The notes under the pieces were generated by a model. It was given only the letters and a program-made list of their open reading frames with translations. It was not told the origin of the DNA and did no database searches. This document shows, in pieces, positions 50,853 to 64,000 of a stretch of DNA of 64,000 bases. The DNA is from Eledone cirrhosa. Taxonomy: Eukaryota. The DNA lies in contig OZ024741.1 of assembly GCA_964016885.1 (NCBI GenBank), positions 253,952,001 to 254,016,000 of the forward strand. The letters run 5' to 3'. A program made the translations under genes and the position numbers. Numbering within the stretch: position 1 is the stretch's first letter; each line of letters opens with the position of its first letter.

Positions 50853-53334
50853 TATTGTTGAGATTTGGATGAGAAATGTTTTCGGCACCACATGTTCACC
50901 GTCTCTCGGTGTGTCTTTTATGCATGTATAAATATATATCTTATCTATACGGTGAAATCTTTGAAATAAATATATGTTAAAACAAAAAAGGAGAAAATAA
51001 ATAACTGGCGGTTAGAAAAAAATATTCCTATGAAATTTTAATCATACCATTAGGTGTGAATAAGGAAATATTATCTTTATTGTCAAAACAAATGTTCAAA
51101 AGTTAAACTTCAATTTTTGGAATTATTTCCAATTTTTTCATGAAATTGAACACTGGACATTGGCTGCTGGAAATGGAAATTAAATCGTATTTAATTGTAT
51201 TTAAATTTCTAACCTTATTTTATTATTTATATTTTTTCAATAAGAAATAAAAAAAAACAACAAAAAAAAATTAACAAATCAAACGTAGGTTATGGAACTG
51301 CGCAATCTGATTAATAAATTACCTCATCAGCAGCAACCTTCTTCAAATTGTCCTTATTATCAGCAGCAACAACCACAGATTCAATGGCAACCTTCTTCAA
51401 ATGGTCCTTATTATCAGCAGCAACAACCACAAATTCAATGGCAACCTTCTTCGCATGGTGTCAAGTCAGAACTGCCTCGAACTGGTTACTTCTGGCTTGT
51501 GCAAGGTGTCTCTATAGCAATCAGCGATTCCCTCGGCCTCAGTGACCAAAGTCAGTGGAGAGGGAAAGGTAATGTTTCTGTAGCACGTGTTTTAGCGTCT
51601 ATTCACTCTCTCTCTCTCTCCCTCCCGCTATCCCCCTCTCGTAGTCTGTCTCTTTCTTTCACTCTCACTCTCTCTCTCTACGCACGTGTTTCCACTGTCG
51701 GACAGACAGACAGAGAAATTGCTGGTTATATATATAAGTAGATGATAGTTATTTAATGTCCATCTAACACTGTCCATTGGTTAATACACTGTGTAGTCTT
51801 TAGTCATTTAGTTAATTAAATGTTGGATTCACTTCAATGTGCGATAGAAGAACATCTTAACTGGAATGTTATATCGTACATGTATATACATTTTATTGAT
51901 TCTAAGACTTTATTGAGAAGGTAGCCGTCATACAATACAATTGTGATTTCTTCGATACACAGAATTTGATAATTGGAAATAGGGAGGCTCGTTGATGAGA
52001 ATATTACAAGAACTCTATAATTGTTCCTATTTTTTCCGATCAAAGACTATAAATACTTTTTAAAAGTGGTGTCATTTTATCTGGCTAGATTTCTCAACGT
52101 GTGGTTGTATTGGTTGAATCTGAATTTGAAGGGTTTGTGGCTAAACAGCCTCTGTCATTTGAGCAAGAGTTGTTTACTAAAATGGTTCTGGCATGATATA
52201 CGATACAGCTAGAGATGCAGTTGTTAGAGTTGCAGCAGTTACAGTTGGTAAAAGTGTTTACTGGGATGTTGGGTCTGAGTTTATTATTATTGATAATAGA
52301 TAGTGGTGCAGCGACATTTTTGTTACAAATGTAGCTAATTTTCACATTAGTTTTGTTAAATATTTTGTGTATGGATAAAAAAATGTTTGCAATCTATTAG
52401 TTAAAATGTTTAGCGATACTAAAGCATAATAATAAATTGAATGGGGGGTTGTAGCAATTAGCAACTAGTATATCAATTTGATTGAAATATATCTTTAAAG
52501 GTGCTAATTGTTATATAACATTATAAATATAAGCTCTTTATCGAAAACAATTGTCAGAAGAATTGTCCAGCGTATTTTATGCGTTTTCTTGAGATTGAAG
52601 CGGGGATTAATGTTGATGCATTTTATTATTGGATTTTCTGTAAAAGTAAGTTGAGTTTTAAGAGGAAGAAGGTTCTTGTCTCACAGGTTTTATACAAATA
52701 ATACAACAGTGATAATATTGATCTTTATTAGTTTTCTTGGGCTAGATCAAGTATAATAAATAAGAGGAGGTTACCCAGTTTTATTGGATAGACAAGAGAG
52801 AAAATGAAATTAGGTCATGTGGTGTTGGATTTGCAATAGATCTGTCATCACTTACACTAATCAAAGCGATCGCAATATCACATAAAATGTACATCTGAAC
52901 GTATTATTTATTATATTGGATGACAAGCTTCTTTCTTTTTCTCTTATATTTATTTATTTAAACTAGTTTTGAATACATATAGGTTGCAACTTATTATTAA
53001 AATATAGTAACAATCGTTTGATCCTCAACTGCTGCTCACATCAGACTCTGTTTATTTCACTTCTCTTCCCTGTAAAACGTAATAGAATACGAGAGAAAAA
53101 AACCGAGAGAAAGGAGAATAGAAAGGCAGAGAAGGTGAAACACACAACAAGAGGGGGAGAGATAGATGCAAGAAAAGGGAAGTAGGGTATAAGTAGAAGG
53201 AAGTGGTTTGTCTAAATGTTGAATAAGTATTACTAAATGTGTTGCTCAAACAGCCATGTTTAGACCGTTCAGTCCTATTTCATTTGTATTCAGTTTTATA
53301 TGTTTACAGCAGTTTTAAGTAATATACCGACAAG

Positions 53335-53700
53335 AGAGTCGGGCGTCGTGCTTTTCAGTATAGAGTTACGTCCCTTTTTCAAATCCCGCCGAGGTTAACT
53401 TTGTCTTTCATCCTTACGGCGTCGATGAAATAAGTACCAGTAATGTACTCGGTATTGCTGGCCTTGTGCCAAAAGTAGAAACAGTTATTACAATATTGCT
53501 CTCTAATGTCCTAACGACGTATATTAAGAAAGATTCCAATGAACACTTATTTATCCATCTAGAACACTTCATTTCTTTCTTTGGGTGGTGGATTGGGAGA
53601 ATTGGCATTGGTAGAGCGTCAAAGAAAATGCCATTGCGGTATTTTTCTGGCTGTTAACATTCTGAGTTCAAATGACACCAAGGTCAACTTTGCCTTTCTC
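53335..53700 (+). mobile_element. Two degraded SINE family 1 copies (approx. 53335-53487, 53590-53700)
   Basis: Body and tail motifs of the family. Confidence 0.7.
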
Positions 53701-53848
53701 CCAGTTTTGCTGTCAATATATTTTGATTTCGTAGACTCACTAATATTAGTAAGCTGCTATCCTCCGACATCTTGTAATGAACACGACAAAAACGATATGT
53801 GTATGTGTGTGTGTGTGTGAGTATGTTTATATATATATATATATAAAT

Positions 53849-54300
53849 TAATAAAAACAATGAAATAAAAACAAAGAACAAGTTCCTTATATTAAAAAAT
53901 TCATCATTTTACGATCGTTTCTAGGATGTATATGTGTGTTGGTATGTATATCATATAGATCTATGTAAAAATATTACAAATTATCAGAGGAAATATACAT
54001 ACCTTCACATATACATGCTGTCTTCAGAAATGATGAGATTTGTTTATTGAAAAAAACCAACAAAGGTTTAATTGGGAACAGGTTTTGAATTGACCAATAG
54101 AAAAGTAGTTAGAGGTCAAGTTGATAGAATAGTGGTAGTAGAAATTTAATTTAAGGGTAGAGGAGTGCAGACTTATGTTTTGAATGGAAAGAATACTTTG
54201 AATGAAAAGAATACTTTGGGGATGAAAAGAGGTCAAGCTAGTGAAGGGTACACGAAAATTTGATGTTATTAAAGAATAACGTTAAAAACGAAGGAAAATA
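53849..54300 (-). mobile_element. Solo 3' end (~450 bp) of the PLE-B family beside (TA)n
   Basis: Closely similar to 27401-27866. Confidence 0.88.
53901..54036 (-). ncRNA. Intact-looking hammerhead ribozyme with ~100-nt hairpin stem II
   Basis: tcatcattt-CTGAAGA-cagc atgtatatgtg aa ggtatgtatat...atatacatacc aaca cacatatacat ccta-GAAA-c gatc g-TA-aaatgatga. Confidence 0.8.
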
Positions 54301-54455
54301 AAATAAAATAAAATAAAATAAAATTTATCATGACTCTGTTTTCCTATGATTTTTATCGAACATTTTTGAATGCATCTTCTCTTTTCATGATATTTGGATT
54401 ACATTGAGTTCTTCATACGGATTGGACACTACCGTATATTTTGGTAGATTTATCT

Positions 54456-54503
<48 letters not shown>

Positions 54504-54505
<2 letters not shown>

Positions 54506-54781
54506 TTAAAAAAAAGGAAAAGAATGACTTCACTTGTAGTTCTAAACAATTTGATTTAATTTTATAATATTATGATTTTACAATTTGATTTTGTAGATCT
54601 AATAAGTTCTTTGTTAAACTTCTCCAGGAAAGTTAACCAGGGATCTTTAAAAATCTCCTCACCAAAGTTAACAAAGAACTTATTAGATCTACAAAATCAA
54701 ATTGTAAAATCATAATATTATAAAATTAAATCAAATTGTTTAGAACTACAAGTGAAGTCATTCTTTTCCTTTTCTTTAAAT
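54504..54781. repeat. Inverted repeat with 114-bp near-perfect arms and 50-bp spacer, between (TA)n tracts
   Basis: 54504-54617 is the reverse complement of 54668-54781. Confidence 0.88.
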
Positions 54782-54816
54782 ACACCTAACTGTACCAAGG
54801 ATTTCACACATTTTCA

Positions 54817-54849
<33 letters not shown>

Positions 54850-56012
54850 ATATATGCCAACTTAACGACCCTCATAATTATAAGGTCCTCGTGCTTGGTG
54901 ACATTAATAATGTCAGAATAAGATCCGATTCTGATTCTTAATATAGTGTTATTGATAAGAATAGCGTAGGCAAAATTAATTAATAGCTATGAGCTACGCC
55001 TGTTGTCCTTTTGTATAGACCTGCCAACCTCTAAAACCCCAAATGGGAGTACCATGAAAAAAAGTGCCCCAAAACGTGGAGAAATTAGGCATAATGAAAG
55101 CCATATCCATTTTTACAAGAGAAAACATCTCTCACCAACCCCAAAGTGGGTGGGAGATCTCCTCGTCGGACGGGGAGAGTTGATAGATCTGTTTTATATG
55201 AAACTTAATCTCTCTGTCACTAACACTCTGTTCCAGCAACCAAAAAACTATAGTACAATGCATCATCGATATAATTTCTGGTATTTACTCTCGGGTCCCA
55301 TATAATAGGGGTGTGGTTGGAATAAGCGGGGGAGGGGTTGGACATTTGCTTAAATTCTTATAAGCGGGCGAGTTGGAATAAACGGGGTGGGGGTGGGGTC
55401 GGTAATTATATAGTGTACATTCGTAAATATGGAATTTCTTGTAATGTTATTTTTTTTTTTTTGTCATATATAATGTTTTTTTATGTAAAATAAAATTATT
55501 AGATTCTCCAGCTGTTGTATCGATATGAACCACTTACAATAAAATTTCGTTGGAAATAGATTAGCAAAATTTAATAAGCGGGGTTGGGTGAAATAAAAGC
55601 GGGGAGTGGTCTGAAAATTAATAAGCGGCGGGGAGGGGTTATTATTCAAGACCTGGGAATAATTGATTACATAACCACCAAAAAACGTGACAAAAAAAGA
55701 TGTTCTTTTCACTCGATTTTTTTCCAAATCACTCAGCGACTGTCGTATCAATCTTTGTTACACAGAAACTCTGTCAAATGTAAATATAACGGGGAAATGT
55801 TGAAGAACCATGGAGGTGTCTCAAAGAGCCAACATATTCTACCGCCTTTGACATATTAGAATTGCACCATCGTAAGCATCATTAAAAACGAATGCCATGT
55901 CTTCATTAGATATTGCAGACTGATATTTAGATATCAGAAAAAAAATATCTAAGCGAAAAAGAAAAACTTACCTTAAGCTAAAAATATCAGTAAAAATTAA
56001 TGAACGAAATAT

Positions 56013-56195
56013 AATTGTTTCTACTTTTGGCACAAGGCCAGCAATTACCCAGTACATTACTGGTACTTTATTTTATCGACCCCGTAAGGATGAAAGGCAA
56101 AGTTAACCTCGGCGGGATTTGAACTCAGAATAGCAAGGGCTGTAACTCTATGCGTCAAAGCATGGCGTCCGACCCTCTACCGATACTGCCAATTC
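56013..56195 (-). mobile_element. SINE family 1
   Basis: Full match to the family pattern. Confidence 0.85.
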
Positions 56196-56999
56196 AGACG
56201 CAGAATGCAACTGAGATTCAATCTATGGCAGATAAGATCATTAAAACAGTTTGTGAAGGTTTGAAAAGGTGTTTTATTGATCCAAGAATTGTAGTTTATT
56301 TCTTGTTAAGACTTCAGATGTTATAAGACAGCTTATTGAAAAAAAATTAGATTTTACAAAAATGGAAGGAACAGTTTGAGACTATTTTGAACATATATTT
56401 ATTAATTTATGAGGATATTCCGGAAAGGCCATGAATAGTAGTACTTGCGTATAAACCTATGTTTAACGAAGCAAATGCTGCAATAAAAAAATGGCATTTT
56501 GGAAATCCTCTTGAAGTCTACAAATATATTGACAAGAAATTAAGTCGTAAACTCTTAGAACGTTTTGCTAATTTGGAGCAACGGGCGTACATCTGAATTT
56601 TAAGGACGCTTCCATAAATTTTTTTTTTTTTTTCAAAGAAAAAAACCAATAAATTAATTTATACAACCATCGTAGCATTTCAAATTAATTACTTTAACTG
56701 TAGAAGAAATTTACTCGGAATCTCGACAATTTACCCGGAACTCTAGGTCGGATAGATATGATGTACTCTGAGGCAGGTTGCAGAAAAAGTTTGGGAGATA
56801 AATAAAGTATTCGATATTGTAAACTGAGAGTTTACCAAAATACTGAAGAAAATCGGAACGCCTGATAACATGTTGAATGCTATTATTTTCTTTCATAAGG
56901 TATGAGAGCTTTAGTTATCTCAGGTGGAGAATCATCTGGATCTTTCATTTAGTAATGGTATACTACATGGTTGTGTCTTGGTTCCTGATTACAATTTTC

Positions 57000-57430
57000 A
57001 TCATCAACATCTTGCAGCCTCAACCGAAATAGACTCAAAGATAGACTTCCACGTAGATCTGTCACTCATTGTCTGAACATCAACGCCAGAGTTTTCAGCT
57101 ATGATATCTGGATATGAAAGCTTGTGACCTCTTTGGTTTTGATAGATGGCAGATGTTGGTTTCCAAAGCACTAAAAGACACATAGCTTTATTGGAGGCGT
57201 GATAGTAGTAGCCTGCAAAACGCATAATATTCTCTTTCGCATAATATCAGAAATACAAAGGAGCCCATCGTGTATTTCTCTAAGAGTCTTATGTTGCTTC
57301 AAGCTAATGTTTCGAGCCTGAACAAGTTAAGATGTAAACGCTCCATCGATGCGCTTTTGTTGTTTGATAGTAAGTGTCCAAGTTTCTCTACCATAAAGTA
57401 TGATTTAAGATTCCACTTTTAAAACTTTTG
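57000..57430 (-). pseudogene. 3' fragment of an RTE-like LINE
   Basis: LYG-ETWTL-like and MRFAGY...SYPD...DRSTWK motifs, with a short (TGA)n tail. Confidence 0.55.
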
Positions 57431-57908
57431 ACAGGAGTGTCAGATTTCAATTTTGCACCAGTGGCGGATTTTTTAATCAACAAAGATTCACGGCAAAATC
57501 ATTGAATAGGGAAAAATTTATTCTTGATATATTATTTGCTAATAATGCAGTGCGTGTGGCAATGCCTTTTGAATATGTTTAATTAATTGTCGATACTTTA
57601 CTTCGCATGCGGCTAAAGCATTTGGTCTAATCACAAACTTAAAAAGGCAGAAACAATTCACCAACCTAAGCTAACCATAAGCAAAAAAGAGGACCCAACA
57701 AATCATATAAAAGTGGATGGCCAAGAAGTTAATTAAATATGTAAAATGTTCCCTAATTTTGATTGTAAGGATAGTGTAAAGGTTTCCTTGGATGACGAAA
57801 TCCAAGTAAGTTGTTGGACATGACGGTTAGTACGTTATTGGTGTAAAGAAAGAAAGATGTGAGGGACAAAGCCGAGCCCTGAAGCACATTAGAGTTGATG
57901 AAATGTGG

Positions 57909-57954
<46 letters not shown>

Positions 57955-58494
57955 ACCATCAGTATACGCCGTGATGGGGAAATCTGAAAAGAAGCTACTA
58001 TTTCTAGAACTGACAGACGGGTGAGCTGTTTTGAAAAGATCTCCATGCATGATCCCACTTGATTTAGAAGACTGGGTCTCCAGTAGATCTGATTATGTGG
58101 ATGACTTATTACTGGTTTTATAAAGAGAGAGAGAGGGGGGGGCGAATGAGAGAGAGAGGGGGAAGATTCAAAGTGTTGGAGATTGTCATTACTAATAATT
58201 GTCTCTATTACATTTGGAATACTAGAAGTGTGTATGTGCGAGTGTATGTAAGCAGCCCTGATTTTATATCGGTTTGAAACTCGACCTAGTTCAAATTTTT
58301 ACCCCTCATCACTGTGCTACTCTGAAACTAAAGCCTATGTTGACCTCTCACTCAGAAACATCCCCTGTATTGGGGGGATTAAAATAAGTTACAACTGTCT
58401 GTCTATTTGGAAGTCAAACAAGAATGTGTGCAACACACATAAATTATTCATAAACGAGTAGCAAAATATTATGGCACTGTTGTGTACAACTTCT

Positions 58495-58850
58495 ATGGAA
58501 TTACCCTCTTTCCATTCGAAGGAGGTAGATCCCTCATCTGGGATGCCACATATTGTGACACGTTCTTTGCCACCAACTTAATCGCTTCGGCCACAAACCC
58601 CGGTACTACGGCCCGCAATGCAGAGGGAAGGAAGATAAACAAATACCGGGGATTGTCCAGCCGCTTCCTCTTCGCACCGTTCACCGTCGAGACCTCAGAT
58701 GAACTTCGACCCCCTACTGCCGAGCTCCTCCGCAAGATCGGAACGTGAGCAGCCCGTCTGAGGAAGATGCCCTGTGAGGTGTGGCTGGCTGTTGCAGCGG
58801 GTGTCACTGGCCATTGTCCACGGGAATACTTTTGCGGTCTTGTCCGTGAG
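58495..58850 (+). pseudogene. Restriction-like endonuclease fragment of a CRE-like non-LTR retrotransposon
   Basis: GITLFPFEGGRSLIWDAT..DT...AEGRKINKY...FAPFTVET...LQRVSLAIVHGN. Confidence 0.75.
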
Positions 58851-59016
58851 GCGCAGCCCCATTACCACCGTGCCATGGGCTCATCACCCTCACTCTCACC
58901 CTCCCCATTCCTTTTCCATTTTTAAAAATATTTTCTTATTTTTACATTCTTTTCTTTCTTTTCAATCTACGTTTTTTTTCTATTAAATTGTTTTTACTAT
59001 TATAAACTTCAATAAG

Positions 59017-59205
59017 GTGGTGGATTGGCAGTATCGGTAGAGAGTCGGACACCATGCTTTGCAGCATAGAATTACGGCCCTTTACGATCTGAGTTAAAAT
59101 CCTGCTGAGGTTAACTTTGCCTTTCATCCTTACGGGATCGATAAAATAAAGTACCAGTAATCTACTGAGTAATTGCTGGCCTTGTGCCAATAGTAGAAGC
59201 AATTA
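59017..59205 (+). mobile_element. SINE family 1
   Basis: Full match to the family pattern. Confidence 0.85.
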
Positions 59206-59336
59206 TTATAAACTTCAGTAAACAGTTGTCCACTTCTATATTGATAATTTGTCATACAAAACTATTTTTCTAGTGCAAAACAAAATATCATGTAGCAAAA
59301 AAAAAAGCAAAAGACGAAAAAAAAAACGACAATATA

Positions 59337-59666
59337 CAGTAGAACAAATGTCTCTCATCACGAACAAATTGGCTCACAAACAATTATTCCGAACATAAAA
59401 TGTATCGGTTCACGAAGGTGTCTCGAGTAACGAACTCACAAGCCTGCAACAACAGTTGGCGACAGGTTTGGAGTATCGACGAGAAAGCGTCACTTACTGC
59501 GTTGTTAGTTACTATAGTGACATCTGTTTGTCTTTCACACACAGTCTCTCTCACACTGTATTTCTCTCTCAACATTTCCTATTGGGGAAATAGTTTCAGT
59601 TTACGAACATTTCGCGTGATGAACTGCTTTCAAGAACGAATTTTATCGCGAACCAAGGTTCCACTA
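59337..59666. mobile_element. Tigger/pogo-like MITE
   Basis: TA|CAGTAGAAC ... GTTCCACTA|TA with repeated subterminal CGAAC motifs. Confidence 0.55.
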
Positions 59667-60409
59667 TACATGGCAAAAAAAAAAAAAAAAAAAAAAGAGT
59701 GGGAGAGAGGAAAATAATAAGAGTAAGAAAAGTGGGAAGAATTAAGCAATGAAAGAAAGGGAGAGGAAGAGGGGCTGAGAGACTCTACACTCCAATCTGA
59801 ATGGTGTTTCAGCTGCGCCCCACACTCCCGATCATTCTCAAAATCTTGAGGAAGTTCTGACCTTCCCCCAAATCTTGATAAAATTCAAACGAAGCTTAAA
59901 GTAAACGTAGTTTACGGACCTCCAAACACAACAGATGTTCTCCAGCCAATAGAACTGAGCATTATATTAACTTTCAAAGCCTGTATGAATTGTTTAAGAT
60001 TCTGTCACAATATGCCCGACCGGAGGCGGATTAGTGGCTGATATTTCCAAGAGAGAATTATGGCTATATGTTAGGTGAATGAAAACATAGGCTTCATAGA
60101 CCCAATGCAGTCTAAGAAAACCCATCAGGTTTGCATCCTTGAAACACAAACTCTGAAATAACCATAAACGATTACAAGCGATTATTTAACATTTTAAATA
60201 TCATTCATTTTATTGATGTCGTCTAGAAAATGATCATCACAAACTGTTTAAATGCAGTTTGGAAGAAAAGTCTACTCGAGTCAAAAAATGACTTTGAATG
60301 ATCTTCCGTCAATTTCGACGGTGAGTGTTCCAGTTGTTCAACCAATCGAACAGTTTAATCATGAAATTAACGTGTAAATGACTGGCTGAGTAGGCACATG
60401 TACCCTTAA

Positions 60410-60604
60410 CCCTTTAGCATTTAAACAAACCGTATCTGGCTAGAATTCTCTTACCTCTTTCTGTTCAAACCGGTCATAACCGGCTACTTATGCTGACGTT
60501 ATCAAAATCTCATAGATTCAATATCATATGAGATAATTATATGAGATAAAACCTTTACTGCGAAAATACAATAGTAAATACAGAGGAATGTAAATACTAA
60601 AAGG
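60410..60604. mobile_element. piggyBac-like MITE inserted at TTAA inside an antisense family 2 SINE (~60305-60680)
   Basis: TTAA|CCCTTTAGCATTTA ... TAAATACTAAAAGG|TTAA. The flanks rejoin as the reverse complement of 22745-22930. Confidence 0.72.
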
Positions 60605-61201
60605 TTAATGTAATTCCCAAGGCAATTCAACATAACACAATGTGTGACAAGGCTGGCTTATTGAATTAGAAGTACAGTCCTTATGATGGGCTTCTAAATA
60701 ATGTCCCTCTCTGTAATTTCACTCACAAGGAATGAGTCGACCCGCGGCTATGGTAAACAGGACTTGCCTACACAGTGGGATCGAACCCGATACCTCATAA
60801 TTGCGATGTGGACCTCTTAACTATTTGGCTAGGAGAGCGCTGCAATCACTCAAGACGTTTTAAACTTGGCTGTAGAAGTCGGATCTTGTGTGGTCACGGT
60901 AGACGATATCTTGCAATTGATTTTTGATAGGACAATAGTAAAAAAAAAAAATAAAAAAAAAGAGAGAGGGAGAGAGAACTTTCTACAGAAGAATTAGCAG
61001 ATTTGGCAGAACATATAAACACACAAAAAGAGGAAATTTTTAAGGATGAATCGGAGTGTTTTGTAATCAGAACTGACGCCATTAACCCTTTCGTTACTAT
61101 ATTTCCAATGTAGAAATCTCAAACGCAGAAAATAACTGTTATTACAGTTGTTTGTTATGAATAATGATTTAGAAAACTGAGCAAAAAATACTCATGTAGA
61201 C

Positions 61202-61274
61202 AGATACTGAGTTAGATTCTCCGTAGAGGCTGTTGGTCACCAACAGCCTCTATGGAGAATCTAACTCAGTATCT
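61202..61274. repeat. Near-perfect 73-bp palindrome (36-bp arms, one mismatch)
   Basis: AGATACTGAGTTAGATTCTCCGTAGAGGCTGTTGGT-C-ACCAACAGCCTCTATGGAGAATCTAACTCAGTATCT. Confidence 0.92.
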
Positions 61275-61673
61275 CTCAAATTCCAGCCCAGTGCTCTGAC
61301 ATCAACTTCCATCTTAAATAAAAAGTTAAACAAACACAGTTTGGATATAAACAACATTTCGAAAATAAACCATTGAAAATAACTGTAACCACAGCCGAAC
61401 AATAGCTTAGAAATTCAGGTAGAACACTCCTATAGACAGAAAAAAGTGACCAGCAGCTGCTACGAAGAACTGAGTTCGATACTTCGTAGCAGCTACTGAT
61501 CACTTCTTTCAGTGGTATTTTACCTGATTTTTAAGCTATTATTTACAACAATCGACTGTATTACAGTTATTTTCTGCATTTCAATCCACTCAACGCTCCG
61601 ATAGTTTATATTTGAAACACGACAGATACTTTTTTAAATAGTTAACAATTTGGAGAAATTTAGTCGTATAACG

Positions 61674-62770
61674 GTGGATTGGCAATGTCGGTAGAGCGTC
61701 GGACAACATACTTTGCGGCATTGAGTTACGGCCCTTTACGTTCTGGGTTCAAATCCTACCGATATTAACTTTGCCTTTCATCCTTACAGGGTCGATAAAA
61801 TAAAGTACCAGTAACGCAGTGGGGTCGATTTAATCAACTTCTCCCCAAAAATTGTTGGCCTTGTGCCTAAATCAAAAGCTATTATTAATTTCTAATTTGA
61901 GGGTGGTGGATTGGCAGTTTCGGTAGAGGGTCGGACGCATAGAGTTACGGCCCTTGCTATTCTGAGTTCAAATCCCGCCGAGGTTAACTTTGCCTTTCAT
62001 CCTTACGGGTTCGATAAAATAAAGTACCAGTAATGCACTGGGATAATTGCTGGCCTGGTGCCAAAAGTAGAAACAATTATTAATTTCTAATTTAGGCACA
62101 AGGCCAGGAAATTGGTGTTGGGGTGGAGAAAGTTGATTAAATCAACTTCAGTATATATCGACCCCAGAAGGATGAAAGTCAAAATTAACCTCCGCATGAT
62201 TTGAATTCAGAATGTAAAGAGCCAGAACAAATACTGCAATGGCATTTTTATCCAACGCTCTACCAATTCTGTCTATCCACCACTCTTGTAATCATTGTCA
62301 TTATTAAGTTGCCGTTCAGGACAGTGGGTTGGCAAAATCGGTAGAGCGTCGGACATCATGCTTTGCAACATAGAGTTACGCCTTTTTACGTTCTGCTTTC
62401 AAATCCCGCCGAGATTAGCTTTGCTTTCATACTTACGGGGTCTATAAAATAAAGTACCAGTAATGGACTGGTGTCGATTTAATTGACTTTCCCCTCTCCC
62501 TTCAAATTGTTGGCTCTGTGCTTAAAGTAAAAACAATAATTTAAGTTAGTGTTTCTTCTTCTTGTGAGTTAAAATCCTGCCGAGATTAGCTTTACCTTTC
62601 ATCCTTACGGGGCCGAAAGAATAAATTACCAGTAGCTCACTGGGATCGATTTAATCGATTCTCCCCATTTCCTTCAAATTGTTGGCCTTGTGCCAAAAGT
62701 AGAAACAATTATTAAGTGTTTACAGCTGTGGGTTAGCAGAATCGTTAGAGCATCAGAAAAAATGCTTTGT
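61674..62770. mobile_element. Cluster of about six SINE family 1 copies (five plus strand; one minus at ~62083-62280)
   Basis: Repeated head, B-box, body and tail motifs placed almost back to back. Confidence 0.85.
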
Positions 62771-63036
62771 AAAGAAAAGGAGATTCTCGTCGTTTCGTGT
62801 AAGCGTTAATCCTTTGAATCGTAAGAATATTTTACAGATTTTGAAGATTCCAGATATCGCGCCCATGTGTAGCTTATGGATTAAGGAACTACATTCTTTT
62901 TCCACATATCAAAAATTCAGTCATGCTGTCGTCCAGGCGAGTTGGTATATAACTCGAGGAGAGATTTGTGTCAGCTTTTATTTCATGTCTTTCCTCTATA
63001 TCTGTTGTTAGCCTATTAATATTATTATTTTCATGC

Positions 63037-64000
63037 TCATAAGATGAGATGGTTGCTGACCTTTTTCTTCTGTTGAAGATATTGCTTCAGTGTTAATATG
63101 CAAGTTTCATGTGATGTTAATATGGATTTTATGCTCCGGTCACCTTCCTCAAGTGGGAAATATAGCTTATCCACGTCACCTTTGATGTTAACGTTTCCAG
63201 TAACACTGAGCAGCTTTCGAGTCCTTACATTCATTCGTTCAGTTCTTGCAATGACTAGTTTAGCAAACCAAATGTTGGCACAGGAAAAGTATTATGAGCA
63301 ATGTACTTGTACGCTAAGTGTTCTGATTACCATTTTCTCTTTACTCTCTTGAGATATTCATTCCTGTTCTTCTTATTTACGGGCCCATCATATCTGACAT
63401 TGTCATCCTGTCCAAGATACTTACAGTTGTCGCTGGACTGTAGAGGTTGTATCGTCAAGTTGTTCATTTTTAGATTTTCAGAGGAGAGCAAAACTTTTCT
63501 AAATTTTATTGTCAAAAATGCACGTTTTGACACAAAATTATATTCCAATGTCTGCAAAAAATTGGGTAATGAAGTCCACTTGTTTTTGACGTTGTTGATA
63601 TTTGGCGCATACAATTTCAGGTCATCGACAAGAAAAAGGAGATACTTTTGGATCCATTTCTATGACTACTATGTTTTATCAGCAACTATGATAGTGTGTT
63701 TAATGAGAGGACGAAGAGCAGCACCAACAAGCTATCACCGTGAAAGATGCCTTTTGGTAGTATATGGTAAGAGACTCAATTTGCTTTTTAACACCCCTAA
63801 GAAGAAAAGTTGTCTACAAAGTCTTGGTCAGGCGTTCAATAGCAGCTGCTAGTTGCTGTGGGATTTTGTCAATCCACACATGTGATATACTATCAAAGGC
63901 CTTCTGGTTGTCCAGTCACACTGCAGTCAAGATCCTGCGATTCTTCACTGTTTTTTCTTGGATCATTTTGTTGATTATTAACTACTCTATGCAGCCCGAC
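63037..64000 (-). pseudogene. Reverse transcriptase fragment of an R4/Dong-like LINE, continuing beyond the window
   Basis: AVWLDNQKAFDSISHVWI, CKYLGQDDN and NVRTRKLL...GDVDKLYFPLEEGDR motifs. Confidence 0.72.

Noticed and set aside
51292-51741. Gln-rich 149-aa ORF
   Set aside because: Made of a 48-bp tandem duplication and a CT tract next to a Helitron-like terminus. No domain is recognisable.
51800-52900. Possible decayed LINE coding fragment (also ~23000-23400 and ~57750-57900)
   Set aside because: Too degraded to assign a family or boundaries by eye.

Overview
Gene-poor, AT-rich animal DNA, most likely cephalopod/Octopus (inferred from the SINE and repeat content). No host protein-coding gene can be supported. 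Bases 1-12.7 kb are strand-asymmetric GT-rich satellites, including a 45-bp unit that reads as a Thr/Ser mucin-like ORF. The rest is a transposon graveyard: three decayed Penelope-like retroelements (PLEs, YRDD reverse transcriptase plus GIY-YIG endonuclease, Neptune-like), about 20 tRNA-derived SINEs, non-autonomous Helitrons, piggyBac/Tc1/hAT-type MITEs, and RTE, R4 and CRE LINE fragments, with many (TA)n tracts. The main signal is a dense set of type-I hammerhead ribozyme (HHR) motifs read by eye in PLE 3' ends and in short non-coding inserts beside (TA)n. Three have an UUGAAAA core (U3-A8 compensatory swap of the C3-G8 pair). Several have a 45-100 nt extended stem II. Several short inserts are fold-back palindromes whose apex lies in a ribozyme. 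A 5.3-kb quasi-palindrome (14.7-20.0 kb) encloses a rearranged PLE. All coordinates and structures were derived manually and need computational confirmation.
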